In this document: positions 1-10,218 of the stretch, one piece after another | Position numbering within the stretch: position 1 is the stretch's first letter | Layout: every line of letters starts with the position of its first letter | Origin: an uncultured Planctomycetota bacterium | GTDB taxonomy: Bacteria; Planctomycetota; Planctomycetia; Isosphaerales; Isosphaeraceae | Assembly (NCBI GenBank): GCA_963737655.1 | Contig: CAVTTN010000002.1 | Coordinates: 3,872,001 to 3,936,000, forward strand | DNA length: 64,000 nt | Direction of reading: 5' to 3' | Position numbers and translations under genes: made by a program | Notes under the pieces: generated by a model | Told to the model about the DNA's origin: nothing | Seen by the model: the letters and a program-made list of their open reading frames with translations, nothing else | Databases searched by the model: none

Positions 1-2852
1 CGGGCGGGACGATCTCGGAGCCATTGAACCATGGCTTCGGAGAGTTTCATCTCGGGGAACCCGATCGCCAACGGCGGGACCGGCCGGATCGAAGGCGGCG
101 GGGCCTCGAGGTCGACGGTCGTGGGCCGTCTTCGCGCGAACAGGAACGTCGGGTCGATCGCGATCCCCTTCGCGAACAGCGACGCCACGAGATGATTGAG
201 TTGCAACAAGCCCGAACGCCGGGGCAAATTCGCCGCCACGGCCAGCGAGGGGCGGCCCCGGAGCGTGTCCTCGACGAACCCGGCCAGGTTCCCTCGGGCC
301 CCGACATCGATGAACACCCGAATTCCATCGGCATACATCGCCTCGATCGTCTCGCGGAACCGAACCGGCCGCGACCACTGCCCGGCCGCCAGGTCGCGGA
401 CCGACCTGGGGTCGTCCGGCATCCGTTCGGCCGTGGCGCACGAGAAAATCGGGACGTGGGCGGCCGATCGGATCGTCTCCTCAAAAAACTCCCGGATTGG
501 ACCGACGAGCGGGGCGAATTGCGGTGTGTGGTACGCCCGATCGAACGGCAGAAGCTCGCAAATCACGCCCTCCGAACGAAGCGATTCGACGAACCGCTCG
601 GCGGACGGCGGCGGTACGGCCACGACGACCTGATGCGGGCAATTGTCCATCGCGACGACCGCGCCCGGACATTCACCCAGCCGAGCCTCGATCCGCTCCC
701 GACCCGCGGCGACCGCGACGAGACTCGCCTCGGGGATCTCGCCCGACGCTTCGAGGCGGTCGAACAGGGCGGCCAGCCCGGCGAACCCATCCTCCAGGGC
801 TCGATCGACGCGGATCGCCCCCGAGGCCGCCAGCGCGAGGAATTCTCCGCTGCTGTGACCGGCCAGGGCGTCGGGCGACAAGCCCAATCGGATCAGGATT
901 TGATACAAAGCCCATTGCGAAGAGAGGACGCTGTTGGTCGCCTGGCCGACCGACCAGAGATCGGCGCCCGAGGCATCTCCAAACAAAACATCGCTCGGCC
1001 GGATCGGTGGATCCGCCATCGCGCCGATGCGGTCGGCGGTATCGAAGAGTGCGCGGACCTCGGGGAAGTGCGGGCAGAGATCCGCCAGCATCCCGGGATA
1101 CTGCGAGCCCTCGCCCGGAAACAGGAACGCGAGTCGTCCGGCCTCGGGATCGTCCCAGAAATAGGCCCCGCGCGCATCGCGGATCGACCGGCATTTCGGG
1201 TCTTCGAGCCTCGGCAGGACCGATTGAAGACGCTCCGAGAGGTCGGCCAGCGACGAGACGACCAGCCCGAGCCGGCATCGGCCTTCGCGACGTTCCGAGG
1301 CGATCGAGAACGCGACGTCCTTGAGGCTCTCGGATCGATCGCCGGAGAGCCATCCGAGCAACGATCGGATTCGAGCCGCGAGCCCGACGCGATCCTCGGC
1401 CGAAAGCAAGATCGCCTCGGAATCCCATCGGGGGAGGCATCCCGGCCCCAGACGATCCGCCGAGGGGTGCTCTTCCAGGATGGCATGCGCACTGATCCCG
1501 CCGAACCCGAAGGCGTTCACGGCCGCGCGTCGAGGCGACGAATCGCCGACGATCCACGGCCGAAACTTCGGGTTCAAGGCGGCCGGGGCCCGGTCGTCAC
1601 GCAGCAATCGGTGGGGCGTCTTTGCGTCGTCACCCGGCGGGATCGCTCGATGAAATAGGCAAAGGCATGCCTTGATGAGACCGGCCATCCCGGCAGCGGG
1701 CATCGCGTGGCCGATCTGGGCGGAAACGGCCCCCAGGACTCGCGATCCGGAGGGCGGAAACACGGCCCTCAGGGCACGAAGTTCGGCGAGGTCGGACGCG
1801 GGCACTCCCAGGCCGTGCCCTTCGATCAATCCGACGCTGGCCGGATCCACTCCGGATCGGCGATAGGCCCGCCTCATCGCGCTCGCGTGCCCCTTCGCCC
1901 CCGGGGCCGTCAGGCCGACGGATCGGCCGTCGCTGGCGAGGCCGACGCCTCGGAGGATCGCATAAACGCGGTCGCCGTCGCGGTCGGCCTCGGAGAGCCT
2001 CTTGAGGACCATCACCCCCACGCCTTCGCCCGGGACGGTCCCGTCGGCGTCGGCCGAGAACGGCCGGGGCTGCCCGCTCCGGGAGAGGGCCCCGAGTCGG
2101 CTGAAGACCATCGGAAAATCGACGTCGGACGCGAGGTAAACGCCGCCGACGATCGCCAGGTCGGCCCGTCCCTCGGCCAGAGATCGGCAGGCCAGGTCGA
2201 GCGCCACGAGCGAGGACGCGCTCGCGGCATCGACGACGAAGCTCGCCCCTCGAAGGTCCAGCCGGTTCGCCGCCAGCCCGGCCGTCGCGTTCGAGAGCTG
2301 GCCGGGGATCGTCGCGGCCTCGAACGGCGGGAGGCTGGATTTCAGGTCCGCACGGATCGCCTCGAACTCGGCCTCCGACCAATCGGGATGGAGGCTTCGG
2401 AGGATCGCCACGGTCTGCGCCGCGATCCTGCCGTGCTGGAGCCTCGTCAGGTTCCCGCGATTGAAGTAATTCCCTCGACCGATCACGACCTCAACGCGTC
2501 GGCCGTCGGGCACTCCGTCCGGGAAACCGGCGTCGCGGAGAGCGTCCTTCGCGGCCGAGAGCACGAGGAATTGCTCGGGTTCCCCTCCCGCGACCGTCAC
2601 GGGCATGATCCCGTGGGCCGCCGGGTCGAAGGGGATCGGGCCTTGCAGATAGCCTCCCCTTCGGGAGGCCACCCGGTCGTTGTCGCGAGACTCGGGATCG
2701 TGGAAGACGTCCGCGTCCCAGCGATCGGGAGGGACGTCTCCCAGGGCCGATCTTCCGGCCAGGATGTTCTCCCAGAACGTGAACAGATCGGGAGCGCCCG
2801 GGAACCGGCAGCCGATCCCGACGATCGCCACGTCTCGCGATCGGCGGCTCAT
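1..2852 (-). CDS. Type I PKS, second subunit (KS with Cys->Ser, AT; runs off window end)
   Basis: Not in the ORF track because it has no stop in the window. Translated by hand from ATG 2852 (ATGA overlap with upstream PKS): MSRRSRDVAIVGIGCRFPGA, DAASASS, EGHGLG, IGHAMPAAG, AT motif GHSSG, FRETIEAMYADGIRVFIDVG. Confidence 0.9.
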   Translation of the reverse strand, partial: MSRRSRDVAIVGIGCRFPGAPDLFTFWENILAGRSALGDVPPDRWDADVFHDPESRDNDRVASRRGGYLQGPIPFDPAAHGIMPVTVAGGEPEQFLVLSAAKDALRDAGFPDGVPDGRRVEVVIGRGNYFNRGNLTRLQHGRIAAQTVAILRSLHPDWSEAEFEAIRADLKSSLPPFEAATIPGQLSNATAGLAANRLDLRGASFVVDAASASSLVALDLACRSLAEGRADLAIVGGVYLASDVDFPMVFSRLGALSRSGQPRPFSADADGTVPGEGVGVMVLKRLSEADRDGDRVYAILRGVGLASDGRSVGLTAPGAKGHASAMRRAYRRSGVDPASVGLIEGHGLGVPASDLAELRALRAVFPPSGSRVLGAVSAQIGHAMPAAGMAGLIKACLCLFHRAIPPGDDAKTPHRLLRDDRAPAALNPKFRPWIVGDSSPRRAAVNAFGFGGISAHAILEEHPSADRLGPGCLPRWDSEAILLSAEDRVGLAARIRSLLGWLSGDRSESLKDVAFSIASERREGRCRLGLVVSSLADLSERLQSVLPRLEDPKCRSIRDARGAYFWDDPEAGRLAFLFPGEGSQYPGMLADLCPHFPEVRALFDTADRIGAMADPPIRPSDVLFGDASGADLWSVGQATNSVLSSQWALYQILIRLGLSPDALAGHSSGEFLALAASGAIRVDRALEDGFAGLAALFDRLEASGEIPEASLVAVAAGRERIEARLGECPGAVVAMDNCPHQVVVAVPPPSAERFVESLRSEGVICELLPFDRAYHTPQFAPLVGPIREFFEETIRSAAHVPIFSCATAERMPDDPRSVRDLAAGQWSRPVRFRETIEAMYADGIRVFIDVGARGNLAGFVEDTLRGRPSLAVAANLPRRSGLLQLNHLVASLFAKGIAIDPTFLFARRRPTTVDLEAPPPSIRPVPPLAIGFPEMKLSEAMVQWLRDRPA

Positions 2853-5800
2853 CGCGGGACCTCTTCCAGATTCCGCGTCTCTCGGCGTCCCGGCGGCTTC
2901 TCCAGGTCGCCGAGGTCTCCCGCCAGGATCACCTCGACCTCTCCCTTTCGGCCGAAGAGCAGCTCGTCGATCAGGCGGGACGGGCCGATCTCCGGCGGGA
3001 TCATCCCGAGGCCCTGGCGGCCGAGATGGCCTTCGAGGTCCGAGACCATCCCCACGCCGGACCACGGCCCCCAGATCGCCGAGACGACCCGGCCGGGCCA
3101 TCGGCGATCGAGCCAGATCGCCAGCTTATTCAGCGCCTCGTTGGCCGCCGCATAGTCCGACTGGCCGCGATTGCCGAAGCGTCCGGCGATCGACGAGAAG
3201 AAGGCCGCAAATCGCGGGGAATCCGGGCCAATGAGCCTCGCCAGGTTCACCGCCCCCTCGACCTTCGTCCCCAGGACACGGTCGAACGAGTCCAGCGTCT
3301 TGTCTCGCAAGAGCTTGTCGTGGATCACTCCCGCGCCGTGGATCAAGCCGGCAATCGGGCCGAATCGCGATCGCCAGGACTCGATGATCCCGCTCAAGGC
3401 CGACGCATCTCGGACGTCGGCCCGGACGTACTCGACGACTTGCCCTTCTTCGCGGATATGGCGGAGGTTCTCCCGGATTTCTCGGGAACGGAGGAGGTCG
3501 CGATACGAGGCTTCGAGGTCGCTCGGCGCGAGCGAACGACCGTCTCGCCGAGCGATCTGAAGGAGTGCCGATTTGAGCGCCGACGGATCGGTCAGGCTCG
3601 CGGTCTCGGGCCGTTCCGCGGCGCCGGGCAACGGGGACGTGCCGAGCAAGAGGAGGGTCGGCCGCCATCTCCGGGCGAGTTCTCGGGCCACGAGGCCGGT
3701 GATCCCTCGGGCACCCCCCGAGATCACGATCGGCTCTCCCGGGCGAATGTCGAACGCGGGCGATCTTTGGGAATCGAGCGGGGAGTTCCGCGAGGTCAAG
3801 TGGACTCGCGAGTCGCCTCGATAGCCCACTTCGGCCCTGGGGTCATCGGCCAGGAGCTCGGCGAGGAGACGGTCGGCGAGCCGATCGGGCGACTCGGACG
3901 GTCCCAGGTCCACGACCCGGGCGCGGACCTCGGGCCACTCCCGGGCCAGCGTCTTGACGAGCCCGGCGATGGCCCCCTGGCTCGGCGAGAATGCGGACGC
4001 CCGGCCGTCACTGGCAAAGGCGCCGCCGAGCCCGGTCGCGGCGATCAGGGCCGATCCCCCGGCCTTCGCCGATCGTCCCAGGTCGTCGGCCGCCGCATGA
4101 GCCAGCCGAAAGAGGCCGCGGACCTCCGGCCCCAGGCGAGATGACCAGGACTGGCGATCCAGGCCCTCGGGCGGCAGGATGCGAAGGGGCAACGCATGAA
4201 CAATCGCCGCGATCGGGCCTCGCGAGCGGATCTCGGCCATCCTCTCGGAGAAGGCCGAGGTCGGGGCTTCCAGCTCGGTTTCGCCGACGATTTCGACCGG
4301 ATGGCCCATCGCCTCGACCCGTTCGGCGATCCGTCTCGCGATCCCCCGGCCATCGTCCGAGACGATCACCACCCCGCACGGGGCGAGCGTCGCGCGATCG
4401 GCCGGGATCGGCGACGGAACGACGTGCAGCGTCAGCCGACGGACCGCCTGGACGGCCCTCGGAGCCGGACTTGGCGGGAAAACCGTCGTCGCCGGCGCCG
4501 GTCGAGCGCCGACCAGCGACTCCACCCGGTCCACGATCGCGCCGAGGGTCCGGGAGCGCGTCAACTCGTCCATCGCGGTGGAGTCGGCGCCAAGGTTCAG
4601 GCCGGGAAAGGCGTCCCGGAGCGAGCCGAGCACTTCAACCCTCTTGATCGAATCGATTCCCAGGTCCGCTTCGAGATCCAGGTCGAGCTTGAGCATCTCG
4701 GCGGGATACCCGGTCCTCTCCTGGACGATCGCCACCAGCTTCGAGGCGATGGTGCTTCGGTCCAGGGCCGACGGAGCAGCCGCCGCCCTGGCTTCGACGG
4801 CCCGAGGGGCGGGAATCACGATCGGAGCGGGCGTTTCCTGGCGACCTTCCATCGATCCGTTCGAAGGAGGCGACTTCGCGGGCGGCGAGGCCGGGATCGC
4901 GTCGCCCTTCTTCGCCAGGTAGCCGAGCATCGTCGCCTGCTGAACCTCCAGGAACTTTCTCATGGTTTCCTGGAAGGCGAGGACCACGCGATCGGAGGCT
5001 GGCGCCGGAGAGTTCTCCAGCACCTCCTTCGGAGCGACGTGGCCGTTCGTGTGATGGCCGTTCATCCGGCCGTTGCCGTTGCGATGGGGATCGGGCGAGG
5101 GGTCGAAGAGCGGTTTCGTCGAATGCCCATTGGTCTGGGGAAGGGGCAACGCCGGGCCCATTTCGAGGCGTCTCGGCTCCGGTTCACCGATCGGCCGGGC
5201 CCTCGTGCCGTTGACCAGCCACGTCGAGGCCGAGAGCACCGGGCCTTCGGTCGTCGGCAGGTCGGTCAGATCGAGGATTCGGACCGAGCGGTCGGCGAAA
5301 ATCCGGGAGAGGTCCATCGACACTCCGCTCGCGAACATACGGCCCAGGGCATGCAGGAGCGAGACGATCCCGGGACGTCCCGGCGAGTCGCAGCCCACCG
5401 CCAGATGAGGACGATCGCCCAGGATCGAGCCGACCAGGCCGGGGAGGATGCCGCCGGGACCGACCTCGACGAAGACCCGTGCGCCGTCGCTGTGCATCGC
5501 CTCGATCATCTCGGCGAATCGGACGGGCCGGCAGGCGTGCTCGCCCATCCTCCGGGCGATTTCCGAAGCGTCGGACGGGTGGGGGCGGGCATCCAGATTG
5601 GAGTAGACCGGCCGATCGGGCGAGCGAGCGATCCGGGTCGAGAGCAGCTCGGCCAGGGGCCCTCGGGCGCCGGCGACCCTTTTCGTGTGGAAGGCGCACC
5701 CCACGGGCAGTAATCGAGCCCGCAGGCCATCGGCTTCGGCCCTCGCCACGGCGCCGGCGATCGCGTCCCGCCCACCGGCCAGGACCGTCTGTCTCGGGCC

Positions 5801-8800
5801 GTTGAAGTTCACCGCCTCGACGTCCGGCATCCCGGCGAGAAGATCGGCGATTCGAGCGGGTGAGGCGAGGATGGCGGCCATCGCGCCGCGATCCTCGCCG
5901 GCCGAATCGAGGAGGAAGCGGCCCCGGGCCTCGGAAACCTCGGCGAGCGCCTCCGTCGAGATCGCCCCGGCGGCGAACAGGGCGACGAACTCGCCGTAGC
6001 TATGCCCCGCCACCACGTCGGGTCTCAATCCGAGGTGTTCCAGCAGGTGGAGGACGCCGACGCTCGCCGCGCCCACGGCCGGCTGGGCCGCGTCCGGACG
6101 GATCAACGCATTGCGGGCCGTTTCCCGATCCCGATCGGAGAAGGCACGGGGCGGGAACACAATAGGCCCGACCGCCGATCGTCCCCGGGCGATCAGGGCC
6201 GAATCGAATGCCTCGAACGACTCGCGGACCTCGGCGAACGCAATGGCGAGGTCCGTGAGCATCCCGGGCGACTGGGCCCCCTGCCCCGGGAAGAGGAACG
6301 CGATCCGTCCTTCCGGGAACGCCGGCGAGGCGCCAAACCATGTCCCACGAGGGTCGGCGATCTCGGCTTTCCCGCCTCGAATCGCCAGGATCGCCGCGTC
6401 CAGCTTCTCCCGAAGGTCATCCAGGCCGTCGGCGACGATCGCCAGCGAGGCGCCTTCGGCCGTGACCTTCCCGACTCGTTCCGCCAGCGAGTGGGCCAGG
6501 TCTCGGGGTCGGGGTTTCCTGCCCGATCGGAGCGCCGTCGAGAGGGAATCCAGTTCTCTCGCGAGCGATTCCCGATCCGGGCTCCTCCAGACGAACAGCT
6601 CGGCGGGCCAGTCGCGAGACGGGGCCATCGGCGGTTCGGGATCGCGGTCGTAGGACTCCAACACCGCGTGAAAATTCGTCCCGCCGAACCCGAACGCGGA
6701 AACCCCGGCCCGCCTCGGGCGAGTCGCGTCCGAATGCAGCCAGGGGCGGATCTCGGCGTTCACATGCACCGGCCCGTTCCCCAGATCGGCCTTCGGATTG
6801 GGGGTCTCGACGCCGATCGTCGGCGGCAAGACGCGATGATGGAGCGCCAGGGCCGCGTTGATCAGGCCCGCCATCCCGGCGGCGCACTTGGCGTGGCCGA
6901 TCGAGGACTTCACCGACCCCACGGCGCACGATCCGGCCGAGGCGCCGGCCTCACGGAGCACTTCCGAGAGCGCGGACACCTCCACCACGTCGCCCACCGC
7001 CGTGCCGGTCCCGTGGCACTCCACATATCCAAGGGTTTTTGGATCAATGCCCGATTTCCGATACGCCCGTTGCAGGGCCCGGATCTGCCCTTCGGGACGA
7101 GGCGCGGTCAGCCCTCGGGCCCGGCCGTCGCTGGACGAGCCGATCCCCTTGATCACGGCATAGATCCGGTCGCCGTCCCTCTCGGCGTCGGCCAGCCTCT
7201 TCAGGACGATCGCCGAGACCCCCTCGCTGATCACGATCCCGTCGGCGGAGGCGTCGAACGGCCGGCAGCGCCCCCGGGGCGAAAACGCCTGCGTCTTGCT
7301 GAAGGCGAGATAGGTGAGCGGATTTTGAACCGTGTCGGCCCCGCCCAGGATGACCATGTCCGAAGCGCCGCTCTCCAGCTCTCGGACCGCCAGGTAAGCC
7401 GCCGCCAGGGATGACCCGCACGCCGCATCCACCGTGAAGTTCGAGCCCCCGAGGTCGAATCGATTCGCGACTCGGCCGGCGGCCACGTTCAGCAGGAAGC
7501 CGGGGAACGAATCCTCGGTCCATTCCGGGAGCAGATCCTCGCACTTCTCCATCATCGCCCGGCCGCCGCCCGGCTCGACGGTGTCGAGCATCGGCAAGTA
7601 GGAGCGGAAGGCATAGCCCATCGCCACTTGCGCGGCCCCTCCGCCGATCCCGAGGACGACCGAGGTTCGCTCGCGAGGAAAAGGGCGGTCGGAATACCCC
7701 GCATCGTCCAGGGCGGCGCGAACGGCTTCGAGGGTCAGCAACTGAACCGGCTCGATCGAGGGCAAGCTGGTGGGAGGCATTCCGTACCGCAGCGGATCGA
7801 ACGGGACATCGGGAACGAACCCGCCCCACTTCGAGACGATCTTGTCGGGAGCTTTGGGGTCGGCATCGTAATAGAGCCGCCAATCCCACCGATCGGGCGG
7901 GATTTCGACGATCGCATCCACGCCCTTGAGCGTGTTTTCCCAGAACGTCCGGGCATCTCCAGCCCCGGGAAAGATGGCCGAGAGGCCGACGATCGCCACG
8001 TCGGAAGGCTGCGGCCCGGGCGTCGCGACCTCGGCGCGATCGTATGTCGCCTCAACGGCCCAATTGCACACGTCGCGGTGCAGGGCGTCGATCGTGGTGA
8101 CGGCCGATCGCAGGGCGGCCGCCTGGCCGACCATGTACAGGCCGTCCTGACGCTGCTGCTGATCGGAAACGGCCACCAATGGCGATCCCTCGCCGTCTCC
8201 GCGAGCCAGCCCCTTGGAGGCGATCCGCAACCGCCCGGCGTTCAAGCGTTCCAGTTCCTCGCGGATCGCCTCGGCCGGTTTTCCCGAGGCGAGGAGACGG
8301 GCGCGTTGCTCCTCGAACCGATCGACGAACGGCGAGGCGTGAATCCGGACCTCGTGCCCCGGGCCGGTTTCGAGCAGGACCGTTTGCCGGCAAGCGATCG
8401 CCTCCGCCTGGAACCGGGCCACGATGGCGCCGGTGTCCACCGCCTCTCGGGTGAACAGATAAGCCGTCCCCATCAGGACGCCGACCTTCGCCCCGCGATC
8501 GGCCAGGGACGCCGCGATGGCCGAGACCGCCGAGGCCGATCGGCTGTCGTGAATCCCCCCGGCGAACAGGGCGTGGACCTCGGACGCGGGAACCCCGCCC
8601 TCGATCGCCGCATCCAGGACCTCCACGGCCTGCTCCCACAGGACCAGGCTGGACCTCGGCCCCACGTGCCCGCCGCACTCCCTTCCCTCGAACACGAACC
8701 GACGGACCCCGTCCTTCAAATATTGGGCGAGCAGACCCGGGGAAGGGGCATGGAGATAGGTGGCGATCCCGTCGCGTTCCAGCTCGCGGGCCTGGTCGGG

Positions 8801-10009
8801 CCGCCCTCCCGCGATCAGGGCGAACGGCGGACGAGCGCCTCGGATCGCCTCGACCTGCTCGGCGCGGAGGTCCGGCGGGACGAAGCCGAGGACACCGACT
8901 CCCCACGGTCTGCCGCCCAGCCGTTGGCTCGCCTCCTTCAACAGAGACGCCACCTCCTCCCCTCGGAGCATCGCCAGGGCGAGGAACGGCAAGGCCCCGC
9001 CGTCGGCGACGGCCTCGGCGAATCGAACCGTGTCGCTGACCCGTGTCATCGGTCCCTGGACGATCGGATACCGCGTTCGGTGGCTCCGGGCGAGCGGCGA
9101 TCCCTCGGAGATCGGCCGGAGCGACCGCGAGGCCGCGAGGTCTCGGTCGATGGTCCGCTCGAATTCCTGGAGGATGCCCCCGACCGTGAGGAACGTCCTG
9201 GCCAGAGGCCCGGCGAACGCGGAATCCTGACCGATCGGCAACGCCTGATCGATCCGCCAGCCGACCCACCGGCGAACCGCCTGATTCCAGGCCTGGCCGC
9301 CTTCGGAGGCGGCTCGCCGAAGGGCGACGAGGGCCTCGGAGCCCCGCGGGGCGAAAACCCGGATCGAAGGACCACCTTGAGGGCCGATCGCGACCGTTTC
9401 GCCGCCGTCGAATCGGCCGATCCGCTCCCGGAACGAGGCGGCCAGACCCGTCTCGCGGGCGAGCAGAAGGGCCCCCTCGACGACCACGCCGGCCGCCCCC
9501 GCCGCCAGGCAGCCGGCCGCCGATCTCGGGCCGATCCCGCCTCGGACCCAGGCCGGAACCTGGGTCTTCCCCAGGACTTCCTGGAGGAGGATGAACGTCG
9601 AGAAGTCGGAACCGAACCCGCCGGCCTCGTGGCCGGCGAGGATCAGCCCGGCCACCCCGGCCTGCTCGGCCCGGCGGGCCGAATCGGCGCTTCGAACTTC
9701 CGCGATCGGCAGACGGCCGGTCTGACGGACCCGTTCGGCAAAACCGCTCCAGTCGTCCGAGGCGGTCCCGATCACGACCTTCAGGGTCTCGGGCGCCCCG
9801 GCGAATCCGGCCTCATCCCACGACGCAACCGGCAACCTCACGCCGAACGGGCGCTCGAGGAAGCGGCTTGCCGATCTCCAATCCAGCGCCGAGGAGGTCT
9901 CCAGGTCCAGGACGCCGAGGGCACCCGCCCGTCCCGCCGCGACCACCGAACGCAAGCCCGCCGGCCCTCCGGGGCCGATCGCGACGAGTCTCGGAAGATG
10001 ACCGATCAT
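2849..10009 (-). CDS. PfaA-like iterative type I PKS: tandem FMN enoyl-reductase (FabK/PfaD/NMO-like) domains, KS, AT, ACP, KR
   Basis: 2386 aa. Motifs: YPIVQGPMT, EGRECGGH, AGGIHD; KS DAACGSS, HGTGT, KSSIGH; AT GQGAQ, GHSYG, AFH; ACP DLGIDSIKRVE; KR GGARGIT and GQSDYAAAN. Confidence 0.95.
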   Translation of the reverse strand: MIGHLPRLVAIGPGGPAGLRSVVAAGRAGALGVLDLETSSALDWRSASRFLERPFGVRLPVASWDEAGFAGAPETLKVVIGTASDDWSGFAERVRQTGRLPIAEVRSADSARRAEQAGVAGLILAGHEAGGFGSDFSTFILLQEVLGKTQVPAWVRGGIGPRSAAGCLAAGAAGVVVEGALLLARETGLAASFRERIGRFDGGETVAIGPQGGPSIRVFAPRGSEALVALRRAASEGGQAWNQAVRRWVGWRIDQALPIGQDSAFAGPLARTFLTVGGILQEFERTIDRDLAASRSLRPISEGSPLARSHRTRYPIVQGPMTRVSDTVRFAEAVADGGALPFLALAMLRGEEVASLLKEASQRLGGRPWGVGVLGFVPPDLRAEQVEAIRGARPPFALIAGGRPDQARELERDGIATYLHAPSPGLLAQYLKDGVRRFVFEGRECGGHVGPRSSLVLWEQAVEVLDAAIEGGVPASEVHALFAGGIHDSRSASAVSAIAASLADRGAKVGVLMGTAYLFTREAVDTGAIVARFQAEAIACRQTVLLETGPGHEVRIHASPFVDRFEEQRARLLASGKPAEAIREELERLNAGRLRIASKGLARGDGEGSPLVAVSDQQQRQDGLYMVGQAAALRSAVTTIDALHRDVCNWAVEATYDRAEVATPGPQPSDVAIVGLSAIFPGAGDARTFWENTLKGVDAIVEIPPDRWDWRLYYDADPKAPDKIVSKWGGFVPDVPFDPLRYGMPPTSLPSIEPVQLLTLEAVRAALDDAGYSDRPFPRERTSVVLGIGGGAAQVAMGYAFRSYLPMLDTVEPGGGRAMMEKCEDLLPEWTEDSFPGFLLNVAAGRVANRFDLGGSNFTVDAACGSSLAAAYLAVRELESGASDMVILGGADTVQNPLTYLAFSKTQAFSPRGRCRPFDASADGIVISEGVSAIVLKRLADAERDGDRIYAVIKGIGSSSDGRARGLTAPRPEGQIRALQRAYRKSGIDPKTLGYVECHGTGTAVGDVVEVSALSEVLREAGASAGSCAVGSVKSSIGHAKCAAGMAGLINAALALHHRVLPPTIGVETPNPKADLGNGPVHVNAEIRPWLHSDATRPRRAGVSAFGFGGTNFHAVLESYDRDPEPPMAPSRDWPAELFVWRSPDRESLARELDSLSTALRSGRKPRPRDLAHSLAERVGKVTAEGASLAIVADGLDDLREKLDAAILAIRGGKAEIADPRGTWFGASPAFPEGRIAFLFPGQGAQSPGMLTDLAIAFAEVRESFEAFDSALIARGRSAVGPIVFPPRAFSDRDRETARNALIRPDAAQPAVGAASVGVLHLLEHLGLRPDVVAGHSYGEFVALFAAGAISTEALAEVSEARGRFLLDSAGEDRGAMAAILASPARIADLLAGMPDVEAVNFNGPRQTVLAGGRDAIAGAVARAEADGLRARLLPVGCAFHTKRVAGARGPLAELLSTRIARSPDRPVYSNLDARPHPSDASEIARRMGEHACRPVRFAEMIEAMHSDGARVFVEVGPGGILPGLVGSILGDRPHLAVGCDSPGRPGIVSLLHALGRMFASGVSMDLSRIFADRSVRILDLTDLPTTEGPVLSASTWLVNGTRARPIGEPEPRRLEMGPALPLPQTNGHSTKPLFDPSPDPHRNGNGRMNGHHTNGHVAPKEVLENSPAPASDRVVLAFQETMRKFLEVQQATMLGYLAKKGDAIPASPPAKSPPSNGSMEGRQETPAPIVIPAPRAVEARAAAAPSALDRSTIASKLVAIVQERTGYPAEMLKLDLDLEADLGIDSIKRVEVLGSLRDAFPGLNLGADSTAMDELTRSRTLGAIVDRVESLVGARPAPATTVFPPSPAPRAVQAVRRLTLHVVPSPIPADRATLAPCGVVIVSDDGRGIARRIAERVEAMGHPVEIVGETELEAPTSAFSERMAEIRSRGPIAAIVHALPLRILPPEGLDRQSWSSRLGPEVRGLFRLAHAAADDLGRSAKAGGSALIAATGLGGAFASDGRASAFSPSQGAIAGLVKTLAREWPEVRARVVDLGPSESPDRLADRLLAELLADDPRAEVGYRGDSRVHLTSRNSPLDSQRSPAFDIRPGEPIVISGGARGITGLVARELARRWRPTLLLLGTSPLPGAAERPETASLTDPSALKSALLQIARRDGRSLAPSDLEASYRDLLRSREIRENLRHIREEGQVVEYVRADVRDASALSGIIESWRSRFGPIAGLIHGAGVIHDKLLRDKTLDSFDRVLGTKVEGAVNLARLIGPDSPRFAAFFSSIAGRFGNRGQSDYAAANEALNKLAIWLDRRWPGRVVSAIWGPWSGVGMVSDLEGHLGRQGLGMIPPEIGPSRLIDELLFGRKGEVEVILAGDLGDLEKPPGRRETRNLEEVPR

Positions 10010-10218
10010 GATGCCTCTCGATAGCGTCCGACCCGGCGTTCACCGGGGGAAGTCCGGCCGGGCCAAGCCCCGGACTTAGTGGAGTTTACCATACGGCCCT
10101 GGAGGTCCGGGCAAATTGGGCGAGATACTCCGGTGAGGTGCGACGACTTACGAGGGCGCGACCCCTTCCCTCCGATCGCTCCTGGAATGGGCAAGGCGTA
10201 CCGCAACCCTGGATCTGA

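Noticed and set aside
24..10024. Long plus-strand ORFs opposite the PKS (e.g. 24..1658, 1707..3155, 7628..10024) and similar antisense ORFs elsewhere
   Set aside because: Shadow ORFs typical of high-GC DNA; no motifs, and the opposite strand carries clear genes
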